DNA of 64,000 bases from the NCBI RefSeq assembly GCF_006345805.1, contig NC_043012.1, positions 5,952,001 to 6,016,000 on the forward strand, read 5' to 3'. The notes beneath the pieces were generated by a model. That model was not told the origin of the DNA. It did no database searches and saw only the letters and a program-made list of their open reading frames with translations. This document shows, one piece after another, positions 13,247 to 27,219 of the stretch; position 1 is the stretch's first letter; each line of letters starts with the position of its first letter. Source of the DNA: Octopus sinensis (taxonomy: Eukaryota). A program made the translations under genes and the position numbers.

Positions 13247-13254
13247 GTAGTGAG

Positions 13255-13303
<49 letters not shown>

Positions 13304-13318
13304 ATATACTGTAGTGAG

Positions 13319-13366
<48 letters not shown>

Positions 13367-13395
13367 GAGCTATATATATATATATAATATATATA
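11890..13395. repeat. Compound (TA)n satellite punctuated by CTGTAGTGAGC (14 copies), split by a ~700-bp insert
   Basis: Motif at 11950, 11981, 12041 and eleven times from 12835 to 13360. Confidence 0.9.
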
Positions 13396-13786
13396 CATAC
13401 AACACACATACACGCACTGCTTTTTCACAAAGTTCTGTTAGAAATAGGCAAATCTCCCACAAATCACATGCTGCCATTTTAGAAATTGAAGTAGGTATCA
13501 TAAAATGCTGACCAATTGCATTTAAAAAATTTAAATTTTATTCGTTGGCTGTGGTCATACTGTAAGCACTGGCTTCAACCCATGTACATTTCAACTGGCC
13601 ATATTCTGCATGTTTTATGTTGAATCTGGCCAGATCCTGTCTCTCACACCTACCCTACAATGTCATTGTAAAAATAAACAATCACATCTTCAAAATCTCA
13701 AAGCTACCAAATAATACTTGATTAATTTTTTTAAAATGTGAATAAAAATTACATTTGACAGAGTAATCTGAATTTTGGAGGCTTAA

Positions 13787-14003
13787 CCCTTTCGTTACCG
13801 TATTTCTTTTGAGATGCTCTGTGTTTCTTTGAATTTTAAATATGATAAAGATTTTAGTAAAATAACTTGGTAATTGTAAGCTAGTGTTAGGAATATAAAT
13901 TGTGACTAAAGTTTGATGGAAGATTTTAATTCAGAACTTATGAAACCAAGACATTTGTACTACAGAGCCAGAGGCAGTTTCAGTTGGATTGCTATCGAAA
14001 GGG
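13787..14003. mobile_element. piggyBac-like MITE
   Basis: TTAA|CCCTTTCGTTACC ... GCTATCGAAAGGG|TTGA; 11/13 TIR match. Confidence 0.65.
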
Positions 14004-14571
14004 TTGAAGAAACGCTCAATTAAAACCATCTTCATTTGTTTGATATTATATTAACATTGGAAGAATGAAAGTTGGAGTTGACCTGGATAGGATTTGATCT
14101 CAGAATGTAAAGGAGATTAACTAAATCCCTCAAAGCATTTTGCCAGCATGCTCCATTGATGCTGCCACCCACTCCTTTTTTTCCAGTGGTGGTGGTGGTG
14201 GTGGTGGTGGAATGGGGCAAAACAATTGTTGAATGAGCAGTTATTCATGCCATTCAGATTGGATGGTATCAGAGGTTGTGTGTGAGGAAGATGAATAAAG
14301 AATAAGATGTGAGTTTGGCCTTAACTCATTAGCAAATAAATAAACCAGCCACATCTCGTCAAAATATTGTGCCTACTTTGTCTTCAAACTGGCCATATCT
14401 GGCTTCTCACACCTACCGTACAATGTCATTCTAAAATTAAACAATCACATCATTGAAATTTCAAAGCTACAAGATAATGCATGATTAATCCAAAACAATT
14501 TGAGTAAGAAATCTGAATGCTGAAGAGTTAATGAGAAATGGAGAGACATAAGCGGAAAGAGAAAGATAGAT

Positions 14572-14606
<35 letters not shown>

Positions 14607-15520
14607 TGTTGTTGTTTAACCCTAAGTCATCCCTCATTGGTATTCGGCTCACAATCATAGGATCATGAGTTCATCACATTGTGTCTGTAAGACACTCCAC
14701 ATTGTTCCAGTTCACTCAGCTGCTAAAATTGGGTTGCACCCGTAATTCAAAGGGCCAGCTTTGTCACACTTTGTGGTCATGCTGAATCTCTCCGAGAACT
14801 ACATTAAGGGTGCACGTGCTTGTGGAGTGCTCAGCAACCTGCACATTAATTTCACGAGCTGGCTGTTCCCTTGATCGCACCCACTGTTGTAAGGAACAGA
14901 GGGCCAGTTTTTTTTATTAATATATCCTTCATTGAACAGGTTTTCTAGCTGTTGCTGCTTTCTTACGTTTTTTGAAGGTTTGTTGGGCTGTGTGATCCCA
15001 CTTTTACCTTATTTAAGACAGGTGTGATTTCAGGGAGATTTGGCTGCTACTTTTAGGACTCTGAGTGATCATGGAAAGGCTGGTGATGGTCTCTGCTGTT
15101 ATTTAGTTCCAAGCCCTTCCTGATTAAGAAAGCTTCTATGCTGCTCCGGTCTTCATCACCTCACCATCACATTTTTTCTTTTCGGGCATTATGCTTCTTG
15201 GCATACATTATTCAATCTGTCCTACTTAAGATAATAAGGTTTGTGGTTTGAGGGAGATGGTTTGGCTGATATTTCTAGCAGGTTGAATGAACAATCATAA
15301 AGGTTTTCTCATTGGCTTGTTATCATGATGATGGTGGTGGTGGTGGCGGCAATGGTTGTTGCTGGTAATGTGTGGTGGTCGTGGCAGTTGGTGGTTTCCT
15401 TGTAGTGTGTGTGTGGGGGGGGGTGCACGCATTGATGTAGAAGGGGGCGGTGTTGATGATGATGATGATGATATGCTGCTTGTGATGGCGATGGTGTTGG
15501 TGGTTCTTAGTATTCTTGCT

Positions 15521-15553
<33 letters not shown>

Positions 15554-17236
15554 ATGTGGAAGCGGGGTGGGTGGTATTTGTGGTATGTGGCTTGTTATAG
15601 TGGTTGTATGTAGGGGTGTGCTTGTTGCTCTCTTTGCCTCTATGTGTGTGTGTGTGTGTGTGTGTGTGGCGATAGTGATACATGTTGATTAATTTGCTTT
15701 TTTTTCTTCTTTGTTGTTGGGGTTGAGGGGGCGGTGGTGTTGGTGGTGCCGCTTGGTTTGTGTTTGGTGACGTCACTTGTGGTAGTGGTGATGATGGTGA
15801 TGCTGCTGCTGCTGATAGTGTTGATAGTGGATGTTTATGTGTGATTGACTAATTGGTTTGTTGGCTGGTTGGTTGGCTGGCTGGCTGCTTGGTTCCTAAA
15901 GTTCCATTCATGAAATGATTAATAAGTGTGCCACGCGCCGCTCCCCCCCACCGTGCCCCATTTCTTCTTCTTTTTGTTGTTGTTTCTGTAATTTTTCTCT
16001 TTCTTATCCAAGAAACAACCTGCGCATACTTCAATGAAAAATAAAATAATTATAAATATATAAAGTTAAAATATATATACACATATATATATATATATAA
16101 AACAAAGAAGAAATTTAAAAGATGAAAGAATTTTGTTTTGTTTTTCTTTTAAAATATCAAAGATAAAAAGTTGTAAAGAAAATTAAAAACAAAAGCAAAA
16201 AGTAGAATTAGTATAATGGGTTTGTGTGTTGTAGGGTGGGAGTGGAGTTTGATGGCGGAGAAACTAGTTCCAGGTTTTTGTTTTTGATTGTTAAAATTTT
16301 GAAAGAAAAATGGAGAAATATGTTCTTAAAGAATTTGAATGTCAGCTGTGGGGTTGTATGTCTGGTGTATGTGTGTGCATGACATGTTTATGTATATATA
16401 TATATTAGTGTACATGTCTGTACATATGTATAAAGTACGTCTGTCTGTGTATATATGTATATATATTACATGTCTGTGTGTTTTATGTATATGCATATAT
16501 TACATATCTGTGTTTGTGTATGTATATATATGTGTGTGTGTGTATAACATGTCTGTGTTTGCATGTATATATATATATTATATATATGTTTTATATATGT
16601 ATGTATATTCATACACACACGTCTGTGTGTCCCCTCCCCTCACATAGATTGATGCTCAGAAATTGGAACAGAAGTGAATGAAAAGAGAGGATTTATGAGC
16701 TGAGATAGAGAAAGAATGCAGGGCATATGTAGGGGCAAATAGGAAAGGAGAAAAGGATAGATACACTGTATCATGTGACCAAGTAGAAAGGGCAGATAAC
16801 ATCACGTGACTAACAGACAATTGGAAGACATGTCTTTATTTTGTTTTGTCTTCTGTTGATGTTTTTATGGTATGTCATAGCTGTACTTTTATCTTGATGT
16901 TGCTTCTGTGTGTGTGTGTGTGTGTGTATCTTTTAAATTTGTTTATGGGAAACGTTTTGAATATGCAAGTGAAGCTCTTATTCTATTACACCGGTCACAG
17001 TCATACTATAAAAAGGGATAAACGCCCCTCTGCCCATCCATTAATGTTATATCGCCTGAAGAGATGAATCCATGAAGATCATCAGCCCCATTGCCCACAG
17101 ATATGACTGTCTGCACTGTAATCATCTCAGGAATATGGACGACTGATCTTTAGAGACACATGATTTGTGGAAATGCGTGTTGCAATGTGTTAAATGTTTA
17201 TAAATTCCATCTAAAGATTATTGTTGTTATTATTTT

Positions 17237-17267
<31 letters not shown>

Positions 17268-17276
17268 GGCGTAGGA

Positions 17277-17665
17277 CTGGCTGTGTGGTAAGTAGCTTGT
17301 TTACCAACCACATGGTTCCGGGTTCAGTCCCACTGCGTGGCACCTTGGGCAAGTGTCTTCTACTATAGCCTCGGGCTGACCAAAGCCTTGTGAGTGGATT
17401 TGGTAGACGGAAACTGAAAGAAGCCCGTCGTATATATATATATATATATATATATTATGTTTGTGTGTCTGTGTTTGTCCTAGCATTGCTTGACAACCGA
17501 TGCTGGTGTATTTATGTCCCCGTTACTTAGCGGTTTGGCAAAAGAGACCGATAGAATAAGTACTGGGCTTACAAAAGAATATGCCTTGAGTCGAGTTGCC
17601 CGATTAAAGGTGGTGCTCCAGCATGGCCGCAGTCAAATGAGTGAAACAAGTAAAAGAGTAAAGAG
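17277..17665 (+). mobile_element. SINE family B, near full length
   Basis: GGCGTAGGACTGGCTGTGTGGTAAG..GGTTCAGTCCCACTG tRNA-like head, internal (TA)n, 3' gagcaccgcc/gactgaaacaagtaaaagagta end. Confidence 0.85.
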
Positions 17666-19984
17666 TATATATCCCCCTTCTCTCACATTTCCTGGCCTTC
17701 CCTCTTCTTTCACTTCACCCTTTGCCTTTTCTTTTTCTCTTGTCCCTCCCTAATTCTTCTATCCCTCTGCCTCTACCTATCTCCTCTCTTTCCACATGAA
17801 CAGTGTTCGGCCAAGCCTGAACTTTCTTTCTTGGTTCGACTACCATCCGTGCAACATCTATATTCCTTCCCATGTCCGTCATCTCTTATGTCCCTGCCGT
17901 CGACTCCTCCGTGGTGTTGTTTTGCATCTATAGTAAAATAAATATGTACAAATTATAAAAATAATAAAAAAAATATACAGTACAGTACTGTTTCTACCTC
18001 GTAGATTTTCACCTATCATGGGGGGGGGGGCTTGGAATGTAACACTCACGATAGTCAAGAGATTACTGTATATATATATATAAATTGATGAGATAAGAGA
18101 AGTGACAGAATAGATGCTTATTTCATTTGTTGACAGCTTTCTTGTAATCTGTGTTTGGTTACGTAAGTGATGCTTCATCTTCTGTCACACATATATAAAT
18201 AAATGTACATAAAGACCCATATATATATATATGTATCTATTTATAAATGTGCTGTAACAAAGAAGAGACTGCACATCTGATGTGTAGGCTCCTCTTCCCA
18301 CCCCATTTGATGACCATTTGATAACTGGCATTTTGTTCATGTCTCAAAAAGTACCAGACTTATAAATTAAGTCTTGTGGTTGATCGGTTTGACTAAACTC
18401 TTCAAGGCAGTACCCTAGCATGGCCACAGTCTAATGACAATCAAGTAGACTAAAAATAAAATGGATAGAGGCTATGACGAAAGACCGAGACCTCTGGAGA
18501 TATGCTGTGACTGCGAAGACCCGACAAATGAAGTGAGTTCATGGCTCGCAGGACGGCCTGCTGTGCTAACCTTGGATCATAGGGTGACCTGCTGTGCCTG
18601 AGGAGACCTATTGAGTCAAGTACATCAACATCGAAATGAAAATCAAATGAAAATTGTAGTTGTGATACCTGTGCCGGTGGCACGTAAAAAGCACCATCTG
18701 AACGTGGCCAATGCCAGCACCGCCTTGACTGGTGTCCGTGGCGGTGACACGTAAAAAGCACCAACCGATCGTGGCCGTTTGCCAGCCTCCCCTGGCCCCT
18801 GTGCTGGTGGCACATAAGAAGCACCCACTCATGGAGTGGTTGGCGTTAGGAAGGGCTCCTAGCATGGAAAATGGATGTTAAACGATGATGAGGATGATGA
18901 TGAATTGTATATAGCACTAATAGCATAGAACAAAAGTAAGAACAAGACAAGAACTTCTAAAAAGTGGGGGTAACCACATACAATGATTAAGAACACTATG
19001 TCCCATGGTACACGAAAGGTAGATGGGTATTCTCATAGTTTTTGCCATCAGCTTATGACCACATGATTAGTAAACATGTTTATGTAGAAAAAAGAAGATC
19101 CAGGAGGTCTTTTACATTCAAACTGGCTATATCTGGCCCAAATGTATTCTGTCTGTTTTATTTTCAAACCTGCCAGATCTGGCTTCTCACACCTACCCTA
19201 CAATGTCATTCTAAAAGTAAACAATCACATTATTGAAATTTTGAAACTGTGAGACAGTGCCTGGTAAATTTAAAACAATGTGAAGAAATAAGCATTATAT
19301 TTAGCAAAAGAGAATATCTGAATGCTAAAAGGTTGATAAAGTTTGTTTTTTATGACAAAAATTTGGTAAACATGGTTACTTGTTCTTCTACTCCATCAAT
19401 CTTTCAGTAAGAGCATGCTTGCAAAGACCTGTTGAGGCAAGTGAAATCGAAATTAAATTCGATGACTGGCATCCTTGCTAGTGGAGCGCTAAGAGTACCA
19501 TACGAGCATGGTCGTTGCCAGAGCAACAAACTGGCCTCTGTGCCGGTGGCACATAAAAAGCACCATTTGAGCGTGGCCGTTGCTAGTACCGCCTATCTGG
19601 CACGTAAAAGCACCCACTACACTCTCGGAATGGTTGGCGTTAGGAAGGGCATCCAGTTGTAGAAACTCTGCCAGATCAGATTGGAGTCTGGTGCAGCCAT
19701 CTGGTTCGCCAGACCTCAGTCAAATTGTCCAACCCATGCTAACATGGAAAGCGGATGTTAAACGATGATGATGATGAATAATGTATATACATACACACAC
19801 ATCAATAAGTACATCTTTCATCATTGTTATTTTCATTTAGCGTTCACTTTTCCGTGCTTGCGTTGGTCAGACAGAATTTGTTGAGGCAGATTTTCTGCAG
19901 CTGGATACCTTTCCTAGTCACCAACACTCACCTACCTCCAAGCAAGCTTAACATTTCCCCCATAGCTACACATTACAGTTCGAT

Positions 19985-20345
19985 ATTTAAGAGATGAAGA
20001 ATTATGTACATTATTTACATTTGACAGATATTTATCCTCATCATGTTTGTTAACACGTTTCGGCCGATATACCCTCCAGCCTTCATCAGGTGTCTTGGGG
20101 AAATTTCAAACCTGGGTTCTCATTCCTATGGTATTTTTTTGATGTTGTTATTATTACAGGCATATAGTGTAGTGGTTAAGAGAGTGGGCCACTAACCTCA
20201 AGATTCAGAGTTCGATTCCAGGTAGTGACCTGAATAATCATAATAATGAGAAAATACCTTGGGAATAAGAACCCAGGTTCGAAATTTCCCCAAGAAACTT
20301 GAGACATTGTTGAGGACAAATATCTATCAAATGTAAATAATATAG
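19985..20345. mobile_element. Two copies of the hammerhead-tailed repeat in inverted orientation (minus 19985-20155, plus 20159-20345)
   Basis: Shared blocks gaaatttccccaag, gaggacaaatatc..tcaaatgtaaataat on opposite strands; the plus copy has the tRNA head. Confidence 0.75.
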
Positions 20346-20854
20346 CTAGACATGTTTCATACAAAAACCGGAAACAACACCCCCTGCTTGTGTAATGATG
20401 GTACTCATTTACAATAAAGCACATACACAAAGTTAAATGATTTGAGCATTGGGCCTCACAGAAGCAGTGACAAGAGACTGAGACCCTTTGGCAATATACC
20501 CTGCTTGAGAAGACCTGTCAAGCCAAGTGGGATTGTAGTCATGGCCCACTATACTCCTGGAGTGGTTGGTGTTAGGGAGAGTATCCAGCTATAGAAACCT
20601 TGCCAAATCAGATTGGAGCCTGGGGCAGCCCTCAGGCTTGCAATTTTACAATCAAACCATCCAACCCATTCCAGCAAGGAAAACAGACTTTAAATAATGA
20701 TGATGATGAGATACACACACACACACATGCAGGCTTTATTCAGTTTCAATCCAACCAGAACCCTATTCAGAGATAGGTGTATTTTTTTTATTGTAATAAT
20801 AATTCTATCAACAGTAATAGTTATTACTACTACTATTATTATTATTATTATTAT

Positions 20855-21195
20855 TGTTGTTGTTGTTGTTTCTAATTTTGGCACAAAGCCAGTGATTTTG
20901 ATGGGACAAGACAAGTTGATTACATTACGCTCGGTACTTGACTGCTACTCTGTTTTATTGACCCTGAAGGAATGAAAGGTTAAGTTGACATTGGCAAATA
21001 ATCCTTTCTACTATAGACACAAGGCTTGAAATTTTGAGGGCGGGGACTAGTCGATTACATCGACCCCAGTGTTTCACTGGTACTGAGAGGATGAAAAGCA
21101 AAGTCAACTTTGGCGGAATATAAAAACTCAGATTGTAGCAATGGGCAAAATACTGCTAAGCATTTCATCCGGCGTGCTAACGATTCTGCCTGCTC
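20855..21195 (-). mobile_element. SINE family A copies (one partial, one full)
   Basis: gatgaaagcaaagtcaactttggcggaat..cggcgtgctaacgattctgcc. Confidence 0.75.
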
Positions 21196-21204
21196 AACAC
21201 CTCC

Positions 21205-21900
21205 GTCATTGTAGTTTGATGTCCGCTTTCCATGCTGGCATGGGTTGGACAGTTTGACTGAGGACTGGCAAGCCAGAAGGCTGCTCCAGGCTCCAATCTG
21301 ATCTGGCAATATTTCTACAGCTGGATGCCCTTCCTAATGCCAACCACTCCGAGAGTGTAGTGAGTGCTTTTTACGTGCTACCAGCACTGGAGCCAGTCAG
21401 GCGGTACTGGCAACGAACTATGCTCAAATAGTGCTTTTTATGTTCCATCAGTATGGGGAGCCAGTCAGGTGGTACTGGCAATGACCCTGCTCAAATGGTA
21501 CTTTTTACGTGCCACCGGCACGGGACCAGCCAGGCAGCACTAGCAATGGCCATGCTCAAATGGTGCTCTTTACATGCCATCAGCATGGAAACCAGTCAGG
21601 AGGCACTGGCAACGGCCATGCTCAAATGGTGCGTTTTACGTGCCGCCGGTACAGGACCAGTCAGACAGCACTGGCAACGGCCACACTCGAATGGTGCTTT
21701 TTACGTGCCACTGACATGGGAGCCAGTCAGGTGGCACTGACAACAGTCATACTCGAATGGTGCTTTTTAAGTGTCACTGGCACAGGAGTCAGTCAGGCGG
21801 CTCTGGCAGCACCCATGCTTGAATGGTGCTTTTTACGTGCCACTGGCATGGGACCAGTCTGACAGCACTGGCAATGACTACATTTTTATGGTGCATTTTA
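21205..21900 (-). mobile_element. RTE-tailed non-autonomous element with an internal ~65-bp tandem array
   Basis: ttccatgctggcatgggttggac..acagctggatgcccttcctaa tail; repeats tggtgctttttacgtgcca..ggcactggcaacggcca with starts at 21492, 21557, 21623, 21688. Confidence 0.8.
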
Positions 21901-21929
21901 CATGCCATTTTTGACCTTAGCAAATAATA

Positions 21930-22410
21930 GTAATAATAATAATAATAATAATAATCCTTTGTACTATAGGCGCAGGGCCTAGAATTTGTGGGGAGGAGAT
22001 AGTCGATGAGGTGCCCCTCCCTCCCCCGTACGTGAGTGGTACTTAACTTATTGACCCCCGAAAGGATGAAAGGCAAAGTCGACCTCGGTGGAATTTAGAC
22101 TCAGAGTGGAGAGACGGACAAAATGCCGCTAAGCATCTTGTCCAGCATGCTAAGGATTTTGCCAGCTCACTACCTTAATAATAATAATAATAATCCTTTC
22201 TATTATAGGCACAAGGCCTGAAATTTTTTTTTGGTGGGGGGCAGTCAATTAGAGCGACCCCTGTACGCAACAGGTACTTAATTTATCAACCCCAAAAGGA
22301 TGAAGAGTAAAAGTCAACTTCGGCAGAATTTGAACTCAGAACATAACGACTGATCAAATACTGCTAAGCATTTTGCCTGGCACAGTAACAATTCTGCCAG
22401 AGCTCTCTGC
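21930..22410 (-). mobile_element. Two tandem SINE family A copies with (AAT)n tails
   Basis: cccgaaaggatgaaaggcaaagtcgacctcgg..gaatttgaactcag. Confidence 0.8.
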
Positions 22411-23404
22411 CTGAATAATAATAATAATAATTTCTCTTTAATCGCAATAAAATCAAATAAAATGAGATAACCAAAAAAAAAATTAATAAATAAAGAAGTA
22501 TACAAATAAATGGGATCTGGAATTGGGCAAATGGTATTGGAATGTTTGCTGATGAAGCTGGATGAGTCAGCTGCAGTTTTTATTTTGGCAAGGTGGTGGT
22601 GGTGTGGTGGTGGTGATGGGATTGGTGGGTGAGCAGGAAGGGTTTCTTCCAAATTGAAATACTGTGGACAAACAGACAGTGACTGATATGTATGATGCTT
22701 CTGTTAGACAACGGAGATTGTTAGTGGTTGTAGTTGATGTTGTTGCTTAATCCTAAGTCTACCTTGATCGAGCAAATCTGTGCTATAACCAACCTTTTAT
22801 TTTTGTGGTATCTAAGACTGCATTATTCAAAGTAGCTTTACTTTTTAAGATGGGAGGGTATCATACAAGGGCATTTTGGCTGCTATTTCTAGCAAGTCAG
22901 ATAATCATGCAGAGGCTCCCACCCTGGCTTTATATCGGTGGTGGTGGTGGTGTAGTTGTGGGTGTCAATTTCAAACATGTTGGACACACAGACAGACAGA
23001 CCCTGATTTTGGTGGTGATAGCATTTGTGTGGTATGTTTCCTTCTTCCTCATCACAATGGTGGTGGTGGTGGTTGTCTAGCTCCTCATCAGCCCTGGTTT
23101 AGCCAACTATATTGATTGAAAGACTTCCAACCACGACCATCCTGTCTTGAATTAGATCATAGTGTATGTTGGGCTACATTCACCCAAAATGTAATTCCAT
23201 TGCAATAAAGAACAAAAGGGAAAAGAAAAGAATGCATCGCTGTATGGTTCAACAGCTTGCTTTGCAGCCATGTGTTTTGGGTTCAGTTCAGACCAGAGGG
23301 CACTTCAAGTGAGTATGTTCTACTAATGCCCTGACCCAACCTGCGTCCTGTGAGTGAGTGAAATTGATAGATGGAAACTGTGCAGAAGTCTGTTGTATGT
23401 ATTC

Positions 23405-23880
23405 TTTTGCTTGTTTCAGTCATTTGACTGCGGCCATACTGGAGCACCGCCTTAAAGGGTCTTTTTAGTTGAAGAAGTCGACCCAAGGCATATTCTTTGT
23501 AAGCGTAGTACTTATTCTTTTCTTTTATTCTTTTACTTGTTTCAGTCATTTGACTGTGGCCAGGCTGGAGCACCGCCTTTAGTCGAGCAAATCGACCTCA
23601 GGACTTATTCTTTGTAAGCCTAGTACTTATTCTATCATTCTCTTTTGCCGAACTGCTAAGTTACAGGGACGTAAACACACCAGAATCGGTTGTCAAGCAT
23701 ATTTATATATATATACATATATACGACGGGCTTCTTTCAGTTTCCGTCTACCAAATTCACTTACAAGACTTTCGTTAGCCTGAGGCTATAGTGGAAGACA
23801 CTTGCCCAAGGTGCCATGCAGTGGGACTGAACCCAGAACCATGTGGTTGGAAAGCAAGCTTCTTACCACACAGTCATGAT
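23405..23880 (-). mobile_element. SINE family B with a duplicated 3' end
   Basis: Two successive ttgtttcagtcatttgactg.ggcca..ggagcaccgcc blocks. Confidence 0.8.
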
Positions 23881-25499
23881 ATTATATACATACATACATA
23901 TGATAGCACTGGTGCTAGTGTCACATAAAAAGCACTCAGTACACTCTGTAAAGTGTTTGGCGTTAGGAAAGGCTTCCAGCCAGCTTTAGAAACCATACCA
24001 AAATGATGGAATCGGGTGTCTCTCGTCCTTGTCAGCTTCTCTCAAACCATCCAACCCATGCCAGCTTAGAAAACGGATGTTAAATGATGATGATGATATA
24101 TGTATGTGTTTGTCCTCCACCATTATTTGACAACTGGTATTGGGTTGTTTATGTCCCTGTAACTTAGCAATTTGGTAAAAGAGATGACGCATAGAATAAG
24201 TACTAAGCTTTAAAACAATAAGTCCCGGGGCTGATCCACTCGACTAAAAGTTCATGGTGGTGCTCCAGCATGGCCGTGGTCCAACAACTGAAACAAATGG
24301 TAAAATATAAAGTGAAGGATGGTTGAGCATGATTTGAAGGATATTTGGCTGTTGTTTCTAGCAGGTTGATTGACCATGTGGATATAAAAAAAAAAAGGTG
24401 GGGTTGCGTAGTATGGTATGACTTCCTTAACTAACACTGGTTATTTGATTGGAGCAAGAACACCCCACCCCCCACTCCTTCACTCTGCACCCTACTCCCT
24501 CCATCACACCTTCACATTTCAATCGGAATCTCCAGCCTGTCCCCCCTATCCCCCCCCAGCATCCTAGGTCATATCTCACACACCCCGTCCACCCTACCCA
24601 CTCACGTGCGATGATCATTCATCCATCTTCTACGCATCGCCCCCACCCCTCCACCCCCACCGCGATTGCCAATTGCCATCTGCCCCCACCCCCCATCTCC
24701 CACTCTTGCATCACCTCCACCACCCACCTCTTCCCCGCCACGACCCACAAACAGCCTTGTTCCGCACAGTAAGCACAATAACCACATAGCACTCCCTTCG
24801 CCCCCCCCCCGCCAGCCACTTTGCCATATTGCAACTCCCTGACCCCCACCCCCACCCCCACCTCCTCCTCCTCCTCCCCTCTTTCATCATGTTGCTATCT
24901 CTGAATTGATGCTGCACCTGCAAAGGAATTTATATTTTGTCTCTGAAGGAATTTATTGATGATGTCAATGTGAGTGTGAGTGTGAGTGAGTGGTGGAGGG
25001 CTGAGTAGGAGGGCGTTGTGAGTGTAAGTGGGGAGTGGGTGTCAGAAGGTGAATGTCAGCATGGCTGAAGGTGGGGTGGGGGGAAGGCATGGGAGGTGAT
25101 TTCGTGAATTCCAGTCTTGATGATGACAATGCTGCTGTTGCTGCTGCTGATGATGACGACGATGATGAAAGTTGTGAATGAGTAAATGATAATTGGCGGG
25201 GTGGGAGGGTGGGGGGTTGACTGAGTGATGGTGGGAGGATATGCGAATGTCTGTGTGTTAGTGGATGATTGAGTTTTTGCCTTAGGGAGACGTACATATA
25301 TGTATACATATACACACACATATATATACATACATACATACACACATGCATATGACAAACATGCATGCATAACATAATACATATATACACACATACATGA
25401 TACATGAAGACATACACCACTCACACATACATACATACATAAATACATGCATACGTTCTTATGACACACACACATACCTGCAGGTATAACATAATATCT

Positions 25500-26520
25500 A
25501 CAGACTTGTAGATTGTGGGAGAGACAAGATATAGTGAGTGAGTGAGTGAGTGAGTGGATGAATGAATGAAATTATGAATGAATCAGTGGGCAGATGATGG
25601 AAGGATTGATTAAACAAGTGAGTGAGCAATAGACAGGAAGTAGAGTAGTAGAGGACACATGAAGGAAGGAAGAAAGGAACGAACGAATGATATGTGAGAG
25701 GATGTGAATAAGGGAGTGAGTGAGTGGGAGGCTGTGAATGAAAGAGTAGCAAAGTGGTTGAATGAGTTAGAAAGGAATAAAGATGGTTGGATGCGAGTGG
25801 AAGGAAGTTTGAATTGAATGATTGTCAATAGAAGTGATGAAGTGAATGAGGTTGTGAATGAGTTAATTAGGGACAGGGTTTGTGAGAATGAGTTATGTAA
25901 TGAGGTTGCTTGAGTGAATGAGTAATTTAAAGAGGAAAGATGTAAGTTGATAAGGTTGGTGAGAAAGGTAACGAAAGAGTGAATGATAAGTGGAGAAACG
26001 AATGAGTGGATGATTGAATGAGTGAGAAGTAAAAAGAGCAAGGGAATGGATAAAGCTAGCCAGAGGTGGGTTTGTGAATGAAGGAAAAATTGGAATGAAT
26101 GAATTAAGCTGATGCAGTGGGAGTAAGGTCATGAATGAGCGAATGTGGAATGATGGTTGGAATGAAAGAAAGAGCGAGGAAGAAGCATGAGTGGGTGTAT
26201 GAAGAAGTTTATTGGAATGAAGGAACCTATTGCGAATGAATGATGAAATTAAGAAATGAGATTGTTGGGGAGCTAACGAATAAATATATAATTGAAGAAA
26301 ACAGAAACAATTAGCTGGTTCAGTGAATGAAACTGAGTCAACTAGGGAACGAGAAAAGGTGTTAATGAAAGAATGAGTGAGTGAAAAGCAGGCAATAAAT
26401 GAATGAGTAAGCATAAAGGAGGAAATAAATGAACTGTGTAGAAGGAAATTATGGAGTAAAATTATGAATGAATGAGAGTAGGAGGATGGAAGGAGTGACA
26501 GTAAGAAAAAGTTTTGTAAT
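25500..26520. repeat. Degenerate purine-rich (TGAA/TGAG)n low-complexity tract
   Basis: gaatgaatga / gagtgagtga units throughout. Confidence 0.8.
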
Positions 26521-27187
26521 GGAACCAATTCACATATTTGTGTATTTTGCCTCCTTTGTGCCGATTGTTGAAGAACTCTGGTGTTAATTTCCTCCATGGC
26601 GTCTGTTGGGAAAAGAAATGTTACTTCCTCCTAACAGTGTGTAGATTTGTCAGTACCCCCGTTCTGAGTTCAAGTCCTGCCAAGATCAACTTAGCTTTAG
26701 CTATTTCGTGGCTTGATGAAATAAAATATTTTAGTTATGTGGTTAAAAAGCTTGCATTGCAACCATGTGGTTTCAGGTTCGATCCCACTACACAGCATTT
26801 TGGACAAGTGTCTTCTACAGTCCTGGATTGACCACCAGCGCTGTGTGAGTGAATTTAGTTGACAGAAACTGTGGGAGCCCCTTGTGTGTGTGTGTGTGTG
26901 GTGTATGTATATACATATATATATATATACCACGTGACCGACCAGTCCATCAGATATAGTTACACATCGCTGGTCACAATGCGTTTGCATTTAGTTTGTT
27001 TTAGCCTTCAAATGATGCCACCCCGCTGGCTAAGCGAGCAGGCCAACAGAAGAAAGAGTGGGTGAAAGAGTACAGCAGGGATATTTTTTTTAGGAGTTTT
27101 CGCGCAATAAACACTCACAACGCCCGGTCTGGGAATCGAAACCGCGATCCTACGACCGCGAGTCCGCTGCCCTAACCACTGGGCCTC

Positions 27188-27219
<32 letters not shown>

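Noticed and set aside
11890-13395. CRISPR-like repeat/spacer appearance
   Set aside because: The constant unit is only 11 bp, the spacers are pure (TA)n, the context is eukaryotic and there are no cas genes.
16761-16812. Paired E-box-like motifs TCATGTGAC / TCACGTGAC
   Set aside because: Two short motifs are expected by chance in 64 kb; no other regulatory support.
25893-26597. 234-aa minus-strand ORF
   Set aside because: Low-complexity (TTCA)n translation (S/F/I/H-rich) with no domain or splice support.
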